From the NCBI GenBank assembly GCA_964199315.1, contig OZ116705.1, positions 31,124,001 through 31,188,000 on the forward strand: 64,000 nucleotides of DNA. The letters are read 5' to 3'. The notes beneath the pieces are model-generated. The model was not told where the DNA came from, did not search any database, and saw nothing but the letters and a program-made list of their open reading frames with translations. This stretch comes from Orbicella franksi (Eukaryota). This document shows, piece by piece, positions 1 through 12,400 of this stretch (positions are counted from its first letter, which is position 1; each line of letters starts with the position of its first letter). Both the position numbers and the translations under genes were made by a program.

Positions 1-385
1 CATCAAAAACCACGGTAAATCGTAATCCCTACAACGACAACGGCAAAACATCAGCCAAGATCACCACTGCAAACCCGATAGCCTTCGAGTGCGGAAATAC
101 GTCTGCGTCCGCAGGCTACAAACCCGGGTAAGCAGCGCACAACTTCCTGCAAGTGCGCGCACGAGATAGAGGCGATTGATATTAGGCCCAAAAAATTTTG
201 AGGGCCGCCAAAGAGCACGTAACATAAAAAACAATATATTAAAAAAATTGTGTTGCGCACAACATGTAGGGATTTGCGCACATTTGGCGATCCCTTAACT
301 TTGTTATATGTTCCAATATATGCTGGCTGATGCAGCAGTGTAAACAAACGTGGGCAACTTGAGCGAAAAGTTGCTATGGCTTGAT

Positions 386-867
386 GGCTTGATAGCTCAG
401 TTGGTAGAGCACTGCACCCGTCCAAGCCTGATTTTTATTTCTTTTTCAGGCTTTAATTTCACAGCTGCATAAGTTTTGTTGGGAGCCTATCACCCGGAGT
501 GTCCATACGTCCTATAAGCTATAGTCAGCCCTTTCCCATATCATTCATTTTTAGAACTGCAGTTAATTAGCACAAGGGTCTCTTATGTCCCACGAAATAT
601 CTTGTTCCTACAAATGAAAAAAGCAAAATAAAGGCCAAAGGGGGCTCCTAGTCTTTGTTGTAACACTGAGAATGGTCTCAGCTCAGCCGGGTATCTTTGG
701 CTATTAAAGAGGGGTCATGTGAAAGCTCCTACAAGAGCTGTTTCTAAAAACAGAAAAAAACGGGATCCGGAAAGGGTTGACTCGCAGGGGTAATATAGAA
801 GACGGAGGCTCCGGTTAATGAGCTCCTGATGGTGTATATAACTGCGATGATCAATCATGTCTTCATA
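386..867 (+). mobile_element. tRNA-derived SINE (internally deleted head) interrupted by a ~350-bp MITE-like insert (481-827)
   Basis: GATAGCTCAGTTGGTAGAGCACTGCACC head plus TTCAGGCTTTAATTTCACAGCTGC body. The body resumes at ~832 (GTATATAACTGCGATGATCAATCATGTCTTCATA). The insert ends are imperfect inverted repeats (GGGAGCCTATCACCCGGAG / CTCCGGTTAATGAGCTCCT). Confidence 0.65.
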
Positions 868-1082
868 AAGTTGCAACATGTTGCCTTGAAATGCTGCGTG
901 TGGTTGGCCGGGCTTTTTTAACCTTTTATTTAGAGATATAATTATCCTTGTAGTCTGTCTATTGGCTGTTGTCCACGTGTGGTCAATTTTCTAAATTACC
1001 ATCTTTTAGCTAAACATTGACTTGTACGTCGTTTTGAGCTGAAAAGAGTTAAGCGAAAGATTTACTTGATTGAGAAACTTAC

Positions 1083-2642
1083 TTTTTCTTCTTTTACATA
1101 CGTCATGTTCATACAGACTAAAGGGACAACAAGAAAATCATGTCAGTGCACTGCAACAATTCCTTAGCAGTCATTACTGAAGTTTATCACGAAAACAAAT
1201 TTGTAATTTGAAAAAAAAAAAAAAAAACAGCAAAAACTAGGTATTAAGCTTGAAAAAAAGTGTTTAACTCCTTTCTTGCCTTGGCAGACGTTCCGCTATC
1301 TTCTCCTTTGTTGAATTATGAGAAAATTAGGCAATTTTTTAATGTTCTTTCCGTTTTTGACATAAACCAGCAACAGCAAGAAAATTTCAGAAGGCGAGAG
1401 TGAAGTGACCCAGTCCTCCGACTGCGCATTGTGTCAGAGTTGGCCTGGAGAAGATACAGCAACATTCGTTTTCAAATTGCTTACCTTTGTGGTCTTTTCC
1501 GTCAAATTCAAATTCATCACAGCAGCCACATTGGGGAACAGGTTCTTTGCTGCAGCCACAGAGGTTATTTCCAGCCAAACCTGGTTCTAAGGATACTATG
1601 TAGTAAAAAACATTACGAAAGATCAAACAACGACGACGACAATAAAGGAAGTAATTATTTTGAATGGAGTGTTTTTGCAATAATTTCTCCGATGATTTTA
1701 AAACGTAACCCAGCGCTGCACGCTGTGCGATAGACTTACTTGCCCTCCCCACTCCCTCTCCGGATCCTTATGACGTTTCTTATTTGTCTGTCACGTGAGT
1801 TGTCTCTCGTGATCACTGAACTACGACCTGTGATTTCAGAATCTTTGTTGCGTCATGATCAAGAGTGGGGTGGGTCGGGGAAAGGAGAATGATCTCACTT
1901 AGACAAACACTCGAAGAGATTGCGACTTGATGACGTTCACGATCGCTAACCAAAATATACTCATGCTCTCCTCTGCACCCGTTATTTGATATGCAACGCT
2001 TCGAATTCTCATGACGACCCAGGTAATGGCTGCGAAAGATTAGAGACTATACTATAAGCACTACGAAAAGCAGCCCTGTCTTGCAGGAATATAATGTCCG
2101 CCTAGGGACCCGTTTCCCGAAAGACCCGGAAACTTTTCGGGCCCTATTTGTATCCAAAAACAGAGAGGCGTATACGCCTGAAACGTCTTCTATGAAGAGA
2201 ACCTCTGTTCATATTAAGAATATGTGAATAAAACAGCCCTGTAATCATAAGGTTTGAGATTTTGCTACGGCTTTATGGGTCGGAAAACTTTTGGTGACCT
2301 TCGAGAAACGGGCCCTTGGTCCCCGAGCTCCGAGAGTATGCATGAGGCATTCTGAAGACAACTGTAAAAAGATTGCAATCCACAGAAAACTTATCACGGT
2401 TCCGCCATGTTACGAACGTTGTTGCAAATCTCTGTTCAAAATGTTTTCCGCTTGAAGGTCATCTTAACTCCAAATGCCGTTTACTTCTCTCTCGTTGAAT
2501 ACGTTCATTAGTAAATGAGGGGCAAATTTCCTGATTTATGGTGGATTACGTTTGCTCGCTTACCTGCAGTTTGGATTTCATTAATTTGACTTGACGCTAC
2601 AAAGCCACTGAGACAAAAAGCGAGGAATACAGAGAGAAGCAT
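1083..2642 (-). CDS. Secreted DUF4773-type Cys-rich protein, paralog 2 (partial; 3' exons appear to lie left of the window)
   Basis: Exons 2642-2564 (MLLSVFLAFCLSGFVASSQINEIQTA, signal-like), 1586-1485 (EPGLAGNNLCGCSKEPVPQCGCCDEFEFDGKDHK) and 1117-1083 (VCMNMTYVKEEK). All have GT-AG ends and phases 1,1,0. Exons 2 and 3 (102 and 35 nt) match paralog 1 in length and phase. I found no matching exon 4 within 1-1082. Confidence 0.85.
2105..2315. mobile_element. MITE with GGG(A/C)CCGTTTC(C/T)CGAA terminal inverted repeats
   Basis: The left end gggacccgtttcccgaaag and the right end cttcgagaaacgggccc are inverted repeats. No ORF is present. Confidence 0.7.
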
Positions 2643-5246
2643 CGTCGAAAAATTTTCTTGATGATGTTCACTACGCCGAGATTATCAAAAGTGGCGAAAG
2701 ACAATATGATACGTATTGTATATCACATGGCCTAAGGGATCATATTCTTTGAGGCGAATAACTGTTATTTTTGCCACTGCAGGTTTGATAGAACCGGGGG
2801 GATACTCCCTAGTGTGGGCTTTTCAGGTTTGTGCGGCGGTCAGAGTATGGTTTTTTGAGCTGTTTTGGTCCGTAATAGGTTGTATATTTTAGCCAAGTTT
2901 TGCCTTCAAGAGGGTATGGTTTGTTCACTCTAGTTCTGATCAGAAGAAGCTATTTTATATCATTAGAATTAGGACGAAAACTTAAGCCCTTCTCGAATTA
3001 TGTTTACGCCATTTGTAGCTGTTTGTCTACATGCCGCGACGCTCCAGTCACGCGCAAGGTCGGGGGGGTACTCCCTATATTTACCTATACAGGGTGGCTG
3101 TGCCCCAAAGGAGTACCTATTTAGCTTTTCATAATAAAGGTATATTAAAGAGTAGCGATATTGAAAATTGAGGTATATCAAAGGTAGGAAAATCTGTCAT
3201 TTAGTTATTTAAAATTAAAGGGGGCTTTAATTAAGATACTGTTGGGACAGACGCACCTTATGCCGTATCATATAAAATGACATAAAAATGGATCATTTAA
3301 AATGACATGAAAATGACACAAAGATTTCCTTTTTTGACGATTTATTTACAATATGGGCTAGCCTGCGCAGGCGTTTCCAAAAAAAGCACGCAAGGGGAAC
3401 GAAACTGCGAGCGAGTGCAAAAAATAAGGAGCAGGGAGAGGAGGTGAGGCACACCCGACCAATGTCATGAGACGCGGTTGTTTGATGGCTGATTCGGGTT
3501 GCTCGCGCGGCATGCACGCATGCTTGGCTCCGCGCAAGCTCTTCGCGCGCTTGCTCTCGTTGACCTACTATAGATGAATGAAGAGTCATGGTAACTCATT
3601 TTGTTCACGATTTCTTGGACTCGATCGATATGCGATCGTTGTTGATTCCCCGGGCTTCTTGAAAAATTCTTCGAATGTTCTTACTGCATGGTATAAAAGC
3701 CGGCCGAATGTGAAATTTTAGGAGAACGCAGCCTAAGCTATCGGATGCACCCCAATGGCCTCGCCTGTATCTGTCCAGGGTTTGGTCAAAACAGATCGGC
3801 GTAAGAAAAAAATGCAAAAATGTCCGATGACAATACGTGTTGCAGTAACGTCAGTTTCATCAAACAAGTTTGTTCGTTTGTTTTTTTTATCCATTTGTTT
3901 ATTTTCATTTAAAAGCTCATACAAAGGTACTTAATGACCGCTAAGCTCGATATCAATATTGAATGCGTGACAGGATATCTTGATACATTCCTGGACGACC
4001 GCCAAACCTCTCCTTCCGGTGACCTATCTCAAATGTAACGTTGTTCAAACTATCAAATGAAGTCAATCGTATAATTCTAATCGTTAGACCCCAATATGTA
4101 CCGTCTCTTTAGAACCTGGGAATCTCATTTCATCTGATGACATTAGGTCGAACCAAAAAGAACTGATATCAATTATCTGCTCAAAGACTTACTTGAAGTG
4201 AACAAGTTTAGTTTAAGTTTCTTTCAGCGAGCTACTTTAATTTTCTGCTATTTACTTTTTCTCATTGTGTTAGCTCAGGTCTACATCTCCTACGCATTCA
4301 TTCATTCGCATCCATCGAAACTTGTGACTTTTCTCTATCTGTCACGTGCATTGTCTCATATCAATCATGATCACTGAACACATGACTTGAAATTTTGATA
4401 AAATGTCTATATTTGCCATTGTTTCGTTTTGAGAATCTCTTTTGCGTCAAGAGTGGGGTGGCTTGGGGAAAGGTGAAAGATTTAAAGAAAGATTTAACAA
4501 CACTCGAAAAGATTGCGACTTGATATCCACGATTGTTGAACAAAATATACTCATGCATGTTATTTTCAGGCTATTTGAAATCCAACAGCATAAGGTATTT
4601 CTAGTTACAGAAATAAAACCCCCTTACACCTCCCCCTCCCCTCGCAAACTTCCTTCTCCCCCTCCCAGACCAAATCCTGACGTGAAACAAACGAGGGAAA
4701 GTATTGTTTATTAATGTTTCAACTTATGACACCGGATTAGAAATGTCTTCTAAAATGGACGTGGATGTTCGTCGAATTATGACTGAAAGACATTAAGGGT
4801 GCCAGGTTAGCGTTTTGTGGGTGCGGCTCGAATGGAGTCAGTTTATATTTTAGCACTCTAGTAATCTTCTTTGCAGCCTTTATTTGGGTCGATATGCAAC
4901 GGTGTCTCGAGACGACCCACGTAACGGCTGCAAAAGATCGGACTTTACAGTCTAAGCGTTGAGACAAGCACCCCTTTCTCAACCCGCCACTTTCCAAGAA
5001 TGAAAGTTGTCGCGGACTCGTTAGACTCATTCTGAAAAAAACAGTGATAATGTTTCCAATGAACTTTTATCAGAATTCTCCCGCGATAAGAATGCTGTCA
5101 ATGAAAGAACTTATCTCTGAGCAAAATGTTCGGCTTGCGCGTCATCTACACACCAAACGGCGTCGACTTTTCTCGAGTGCACTATACGGTTATAATTAAA
5201 TGAACATAAGTTCCCGATTTACAGTGGATTAGGTTTGCTTGCTTAC

Positions 5247-5331
5247 CTGGAAATTGGACTTCATTATATTGGCTTGACGTAGCAAAGCCACCAAAGCAAA
5301 ACGCGAGCAATACAGACAGAAGCATCGTCAT
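5247..5331 (-). other. Orphan duplicate of the signal-peptide exon of DUF4773 paralog 2 (alternative first exon or gene relic)
   Basis: (MT)MLLSVLLAFCFGGFATSSQYNEVQFP+G|gtaagc. It is 79 nt from the ATG at 5325, with the same length, phase and donor as 2564-2642. The flanks ~4330-5470 are visibly homologous to ~1765-2790. Confidence 0.75.
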
Positions 5332-6276
5332 TAAACTGATTTCTCTGACGATTTTCATCAAATGTAAACCAAGTCCACAATAATCACGCGGAGATCGTGA
5401 AAGACAACGCGTACATCACATGGCCTGGTGTGATACTTAATGAAGTTTTGCTTGTGCAGGTCTGATTAAACTGCCAGATATTGAAGTGTATAGCTATGGC
5501 CTTTAAAATACATTGTCTTTGACTCAAACAATTATTTTACATTTAAAACATAGTTAGGGACGAGCCATTTCTTTTTCTGAGGCAAGGAGGAGGGAGGGTT
5601 GTGGGTAGGGAAATTTTCTGGGGCATTATATTTTTTTCCTCACCTATGGGTTGTAAATGATTTTTTTTCTGGTGGGCAATAGCTTATGCAAGATTGTTTT
5701 CCAAAAGTGAAGTATATGACCTGGAGAGCAGAAAGTGCTTTTTTTGTTTTGTTTTTTGTTTTGTTTTTTTTTTTCTCCATTGCTCCCCTGGCACGATTTG
5801 TTGTGGTTTTTTTTTGGAAATTTCCCAACCCTCCCCTTAGCAAAGAGACTGGTTATGAAAACCGGCGAACTTCAAAGGACTGTCTATCGTAATCGCGGCC
5901 CTGCATACTCAAAACAAGATGGTGACTTGTGAGTAGTCTTGATTTATATCTCAGGGTTTAAGTTTAAAATAATCGATATTTATCATCCGTGAGACACGAG
6001 AAAAGTCGCAAATTAAGTAAAGTCGCGCGAGTAGAAATGACGTAAAGTCACGCGAGTTGTAAACGAACTGAAAATCATTTTCACTAGGGAAACTGAAATC
6101 GTGTAAGTCGCGTGTGCCTGGCTTGTTTCTATTTGCCAGGAGTCTCCTGTTCTGTTATTTTCTTGTACTCCTTTTAAAAAATTCTTTCGAAGTTTTCTTG
6201 ATTTTTAGTGTCCTTAAAATGTTAAAATTTTCATTAGGAGAATTAGATTACGAATCAATAAGTTCTTTGAAATTGA

Positions 6277-6391
6277 TTTTGTGATAAAAAATTAACGCTA
6301 TAAGCGAACGACGTTTATTCTACCGAACTTGAAAATGACCGTTGAACGGTCCAAACGTCGTTCGCTTATAGCGTTAATTTTTACCACAAAA
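6277..6391. repeat. Near-perfect inverted repeat (hairpin)
   Basis: 6287-6316 (AAAAATTAACGCTATAAGCGAACGACGTTT) is the exact reverse complement of 6353-6382. The stem extends ~9 bp further with one mismatch and a 1-nt bulge; the loop is 36 nt. Confidence 0.9.
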
Positions 6392-6553
6392 TTAGATTAT
6401 CAATCAAAACAGTTTGTTTTTCATCAGTTGTTTATTCTCATTTCTAGCTCATACAAACGAGACACAAGGACTGTTTGACTCTACCCAATTTAAGTATCTA
6501 TTACCTTAAAGCCTTAAAAAAGACGCCTTCCATGCAGTTCTTTGCACCTGATT

Positions 6554-7242
6554 TTAATTTTCCTCAACGGTCTCTAACAGTGACTCAACAGGAAAGCCAT
6601 CCTCCCTGCGGTGATAAATCTTGTCGAGATCACCATCCTTGTGGGACCATTTGTGCATCTCATCCAGTATGAGATCCTTTGCGTTGTTGCCGATTTGGAA
6701 AAGCGAATGCACCAGGGCCTGCTCATCCACAGCAGTCTCAATCAGCTCGCCGTCAGAGAGCGGCACGTAATAACAGCCAAGCTCGATGTCAAGAACACGT
6801 GTCACCACATCGCCATAGATTCTCAAACAACCGCCAAACTTCTTCTCCTCATAAGACATGTTGTATACCTGCACGCAGATATCAGCAACGTCCCTCAGTC
6901 CTTCACACAGGGCTGGGGGATTCCTGCCTGTGCAAGAAAACAAGCATTCTTTTGTATTTTCTCAGCTTGGTCAGCGGCTTGGTGAAACGCTCGGGCTTGG
7001 GTCGAGGGACGAGGAAGAACGGTGCGCATTGAACATTGGGACTTTGCGATATATATGGCGCTTACTACATTCGGATAATTCGGGGCTTTCGCTAATTCAG
7101 AAAAATCATAATCTCAAAGTGATAGCAACAATACGGTAAAAACCCGCATAAAAGAACAAGTGGATTAAGAACACTCAGGCTGAAATTTGGTCAAAAAAGT
7201 ACCATATACATAAGAACACATTCAGCCTGGATGAAAATTATT

Positions 7243-7307
<65 letters not shown>

Positions 7308-9413
7308 GGCTGCCAGTTAGATTAGAATAACCTACTAGGGTACAGTACTAAGTACAGTACTGAGTACATCAATATATGTGCTAGACCATTGCACACAGAG
7401 TTTCACAGCAGGTATGGGAATTTCCAAGGTACATTTAGCAATTGTTCTTAGACTTGGCTAATTTATGTAATCGAATCACATTCTTTTTTGCTGCAGACAC
7501 AACATGCTGACCCGAAATCCATTAATTAATTAAAACGTTGTGCTTGCACATTGATTTCATCTGTTGGTAGTCTATTCAGTAATTAATTGTTAGAAACAAT
7601 TTTAAGAACACCTTAAGAACATTTTCAGGCTGATTTTGCAGAAAACACCCAATATATAAGAACAAAATCAACCTGAAACCCCAAAACACGTGTTCTTTTA
7701 TGCGGGTTTTTACTGTAATCAAAACTCAGTTTAAATATCAACATCACTCTCTCTTTTCCTGTCGGAGTCAAGTAGCACAAGCCTTCTCAAATAACCTTTA
7801 GCTACTGATTTTAGTTTGTCTATCTAGCTCAGTTTCAAATAAGCGATTCTTTGCTGGTCAAGAGTGCAGACGTTAAATATTTCCGCTGTCAGGTGTTCTT
7901 CGAGAGAGGCGCTCAATCGATGACAGCACTTATTCGAGTAAATATGGTAATTGCTTCACTCGGAGAAGGAGAGGGGTCTAGGACGGATTAGTGCAAAGTT
8001 ATGACTTACCAGAGATGGTCTCGTTCAAAAGAACTTCACCATTAATGGTCAAGGTAAACCGTACTCCCTGAAAATACAGAAACTCGATAAATAACCCATG
8101 GGCTACAGAGGTTTGCAAATAGTTTCTTCAAACTTTGTTATGCTTACACCACAGCAAGTGATCATGAGTACACGATCCCTCTACGCTGACAAGGAAACAT
8201 GCTGGCTCTGGCGGTTACTGGAGATTGGTAGTAAAGGAGCCATGTATATGAAACAATTTTTTTTTTGTATTCTGCATTTCGACTTACTTTTTTAAATTTG
8301 GGCTTAAAATAACTCCGAGAGGGTGGTTATAAGTTCTTCAGACAAATTTGGGTTTGTGACTTTCAAATGTGTACAAATGAGTTCATTGATCGATTTTCCT
8401 TATCGCGGTAAATGTAAACAACACACTGTATACTCACATATTCGGCCTCCACGTAAGTCAAGTTTGTGCACACTGCAAAAAAAGACAACACGCAATTTGT
8501 ACGATTCGCATTGGCTCAAACCATGCGATTTTAATGATAATTAATTACGCTTAGAAACGACTTAATGAAGTGAGCCAGGACAGAGGTGGATACAGACATG
8601 ATGATGACACAGTGATAATGGTACGACCCATAACAAAGATAGGAAAAAATAATGAGCCTATTCTACGGTCGACAAATGTAAGTTCTCTAAAGATTCCACT
8701 TGGCTGCAAGTCAAAATGTAAATTCTCCTCAGTGAAGGTCAGTTCTATGCTGTTGTTCTAAGGATCCCAGTGTCGGGACATCGAGGTGACATCCCCTAGT
8801 TGATCATGTTCGTTGTTCTCATCACCTGTTTGCTTATGTAAGGAGAAATAAGTTATGGGTCACCCTTACGAATTTATACCTGTATAATTCTCTTGGATGA
8901 TTTCTTCAAGGTCCACACAGCAGCCGCATTGAGGCATGTCCACGGTGGAACAACCACAGTACTTGCTGGGGTCAATATCAACTATGGAAAGAAAACGACC
9001 AAACGTCATGTCATTCTTAGAACGATCAACCCACTACACGCCACGCGAGGTCACGCGGCTTCAAGAATCGCGCGTGGTTTCCCTCGCGTCCTAGAATCTA
9101 GAGATCGTTTCTCCGCGAAGAAGATTTGTTCAGAATATATAGCTAATGCTTTGCATTCACTATCACCGTCACTTTTTTCAGGAAACACTGCTTGTCGTCT
9201 CCGGACCAGTTTTTAGCGGTTAAATCGCATTCAGAGGAGAAAGAGAAATCATTTCTAGTTTTCACGCAGACCATATTAAAGATTGGAATATCGGATAGGT
9301 TATTGAGAAATATTTTGCTGATTTTTCTAGTCCTTACCTATGGCTTTATCGCTTGGTCGTGAACTTGCAAGGCCAACAAATAATGCGAGAGTTAAAACGA
9401 GCAACATCTTCAT
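6554..9413 (-). CDS. Secreted DUF4773-type Cys-rich protein, paralog 1 (214 aa, 5 exons)
   Basis: Exons 9413-9338 (MKMLLVLTLALFVGLASSRPSDKAI), 8981-8880 (VDIDPSKYCGCSTVDMPQCGCCVDLEEIIQENYT), 8472-8438 (VCTNLTYVEAEY), 8067-8010 (GVRFTLTINGEVLLNETISG) and 6927-6554 (RNPPALCEGL...ELGCYYVP...EEN*). The 645 nt are in frame and all introns are GT-AG. The CxC..CGCC / CxNxTY / S-x2-NPP-x2-C pattern is what I recall for DUF4773 (PF15998); no HMM was run. Confidence 0.9.
7134..7715. mobile_element. Tc1/pogo-type MITE (582 bp, TA target-site duplication) containing a (TA)n microsatellite
   Basis: TA|CGGTAAAAACCCGCATAAAAGAAC ... GTTCTTTTATGCGGGTTTTTACTG|TA. (TA)n occupies ~7246-7304. The element lies in the last intron of DUF4773 paralog 1. 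Confidence 0.85.
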
Positions 9414-12400
9414 GCAAAAACTGCGTTGCGCTAAATGGAACGTGATCGTAGAAATCGAAGAACCGGAATGCCAAGATACCCGATATCTTTGTGTGACATG
9501 CTGATAGACAAAGTTAACAATAACAGGAAACTCTTCAGTGGAGATGCGCTGGGTTCCGGCTTAAAAATAACAACATTAAAACCAGGTACTGGCACTTTGA
9601 TAAGTCTCAAACTGTTACCTACATTCTTCAGAATCCCCAGGGGGGGGGGACTCCCAAATGAAAAGGTCGTGGATGCTTGTCGTCTCGCTTAGGGGTATAA
9701 ATCAAGGCTCTGGTCTCACTAAGAGCGTTGATGACGAAACGCCACCATTTTTAGCTGTCAAAGTATCTTTTAGGGTGCACTTGAAAAATTGATAATAAAA
9801 AACGCTTCTGTTACCAGTTTTAGGCTCAATTTCTGCCGGTCTCTTGAGTCCTGTCTACTGGCGCGGGCTCCTGTCCTGAAAAGCGGCTGCAGGGTAATCT
9901 AGCCTATTTCGTATTAGGTGGTGCCTTTTAAGAGATAGAGAGAAATGTTCATATTACAATCCGATGGAATATCAGCAGAACAAAATTCAGTTAAGACCAA
10001 AGCTATAACAATAACTTGAAGGTCAAATGGTCCTCCTTTCTTACCAATATGTCAGTGTTTCATGAAAAAGGAGACGCCATAATTGAATAAGTGAAATCCT
10101 ATATTGACACTGGGATGGATGGGGGGGGGGGGATTGTATTGTAATTCTAATAAGGGGGTGGGAGTTCAGATGAAGGAGGGTAGGGTAGTAAGTCACAGGG
10201 TGTCACATGGGGTGCATTACAGGCTATGACAGGGTATAGGAAGGAGTTTGTATTGGAACCCGGTGCCACTAAAATTTTTACGTTATTGCATATATAGAAT
10301 TCTCCTTGAACAAAACGAATCCACAAATATCTGGATCAAAATTACCGGCAGGAGAGGTACAAAAACACCAGCCTCGTTCCCAGGGCTTTCCCCAATCTCT
10401 AAGGGAAAGGTCCTGGGAACGAGGTTGCGAAGGCACCAAGGAGAGTGAGACCTTTTTAAAATTTCGCCGAAAGTTTTCAAGTTTGCGATTCTTAACCCAT
10501 CTCCAGTCCCCAAGTCTTGCCGACCTTGTACAATAAAAAAATTCTAAACTCGATTCAAGAGGGAAATTAAGAAAAAAGGTTTATGTTATGTATCTTCTAA
10601 GATATGATGCTTTTCTAGACAATTGTCATGGAGTGCTGTATTTATACACCTTCTTACGTTTGCGCTAAAGTGTGATTACCAGAAGCCAAGTAATCTGGTT
10701 TGTTTTGCTGTTTATGGAAAACTTAAAACCGTATTGTAGGCTTTCACAACACCTCTACAGTCCTAAGCATAATCGTCTAAAAGATCAAGACATATTAAAA
10801 TTTCACGAAAAGAAACCTTTCAGCATTCAACATTGCATTCAAGTCTGTATCTCACCAAGATCGCTTTAACGGTATCCTGGGACCGCTTAAACTTTCGATT
10901 AACTGTTTTAACCCGTTTCCTAGAGACCAAGATGTAGATGGTGGTGTTTCATTTTAGAATCCATACAAACTTGACCCACACAAAGTTTGCGGAAAGGTCT
11001 ACGTTGATATTTGAGCAGGGCAACTTCATCTCGAGAGAGATGCCTGCTTACAGTTTTTCAGGTTTAAGAAGTCAGAGGATTAGGGAGCTAACAACTTGGT
11101 ACAGGCCTAATAAGTCGGGACGGAATAAATCTAAACCGCGCCGCCATCTTGAAGTGGGCGTTAAGTGGAAAATTGTCACGAACATAAATGAAGCGCGCCA
11201 TCACACGGTTCTCGCTGTTTTGTAGATGTAAATTCTCGGGAAAAACATCCCAGAAAATGTATGCTGATTGTAAAATATCACATTCTAATTTGTTACACCG
11301 ATTGTACATATACATTTCCCAGAATGAAAAAGAGCATATATTATTTGATTTTTGCAAAGTTTGAGCTTGCTAGATTGACTGATAACGAAGAAGTATAATA
11401 ATTCTTACTCTAAATCGGCGAATTTTAAAGAAAGTTTATATTGCAAGTTTACATGGTTGAATAACGCTAGCTAGATAGGCAGCTTTCAGTGCAAAGCCGT
11501 TTTCGGTAAGATTCTACTTTCTGTCGAGCATTTTGTATTTTCACGTTCCTTCTGACTCCCAGAGTAATTTTGTCGTTGTTTTCCGTTTAAGGATAAACAA
11601 TTTCACGAGGCCACAACTTGCAGTGGACGAAGACAAAAATAAAGCAATTGAATGATTTGCAGATAATTCATGAGTAAAAATGGCGCTTCTAACTTAACAG
11701 TGTTGCACAATGTATGAAAGTCATGTAAGACAGGCCAAAGTACGTATATACCCAAGGACATCGGCGCAGTTCCCAAACATTATAACAAAGTAAAAAAAAC
11801 TGCAAAACCGTGAACGAAGATCGCTGCTTGATTGAACGTGGATCTCACAGGAGATCTAATCAGCCAAACTTGAAAAGTAAAACGATGAGAAGTCAAAGAC
11901 TAGTGCAAGCCTGACACAACGCCGTAGTGTTTAAAACAATATTTCGGCTGGCCAGACCAGTATGTCAGTTGATAACTGGTGATATAAATATATAGAAACA
12001 ATGATCGACATTTTGCGTCGTTAAAGGAATTAATCCAGGCAAAACGTTTGAGTTGTTCAAAGGAATTGGTTGCCAACGTTGTCAGGTTAGTTGTGGATGT
12101 ATAGCGACACTGGAAATTGTGACCAGTTTAACTGACCACTTGTTGAAACAGTATATAAGTGATTTATTTTTTTAAAACTTTAATTCTCTTAGATTACGCG
12201 TACCAAAACGTACAGAACATAACGAAAGAGGAGCTCGAACACAAGGTTGTTGTTCATTGATGCAGAACGAGCACAGGTGCAATATCACTTGACTGTGCAG
12301 TGGGCAGTCCGTGTAACCTTCGTCATTTCTCGGTTGGGTAGTGCAACGACCTTTCAAAATGTGTGAGGTTTTTTTTTTTTTTTGCTTGAATAGACAAGGT

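Noticed and set aside
1387-1752. 121-aa ORF as a stand-alone gene
   Set aside because: Only 1586-1485 is exonic; the rest is read-through into introns.
3605-3817. 70-aa ORF with a coding-like look
   Set aside because: No recognisable domain, splice partners or start context; it lies among dispersed repeats.
8690-8810. Minus-strand HWDP*NNSIELTFTEENL resembling a DUF4773 segment in intron 2 of paralog 1
   Set aside because: It has an in-frame stop in the phase-compatible frame, and the true exons 3 and 4 are already accounted for at 8472-8438 and 8067-8010.
10110-10215. G-rich runs (potential G-quadruplex); also at 32929-32960
   Set aside because: Poly-G tracts recur in the repeats of this window and nothing indicates a specific function.
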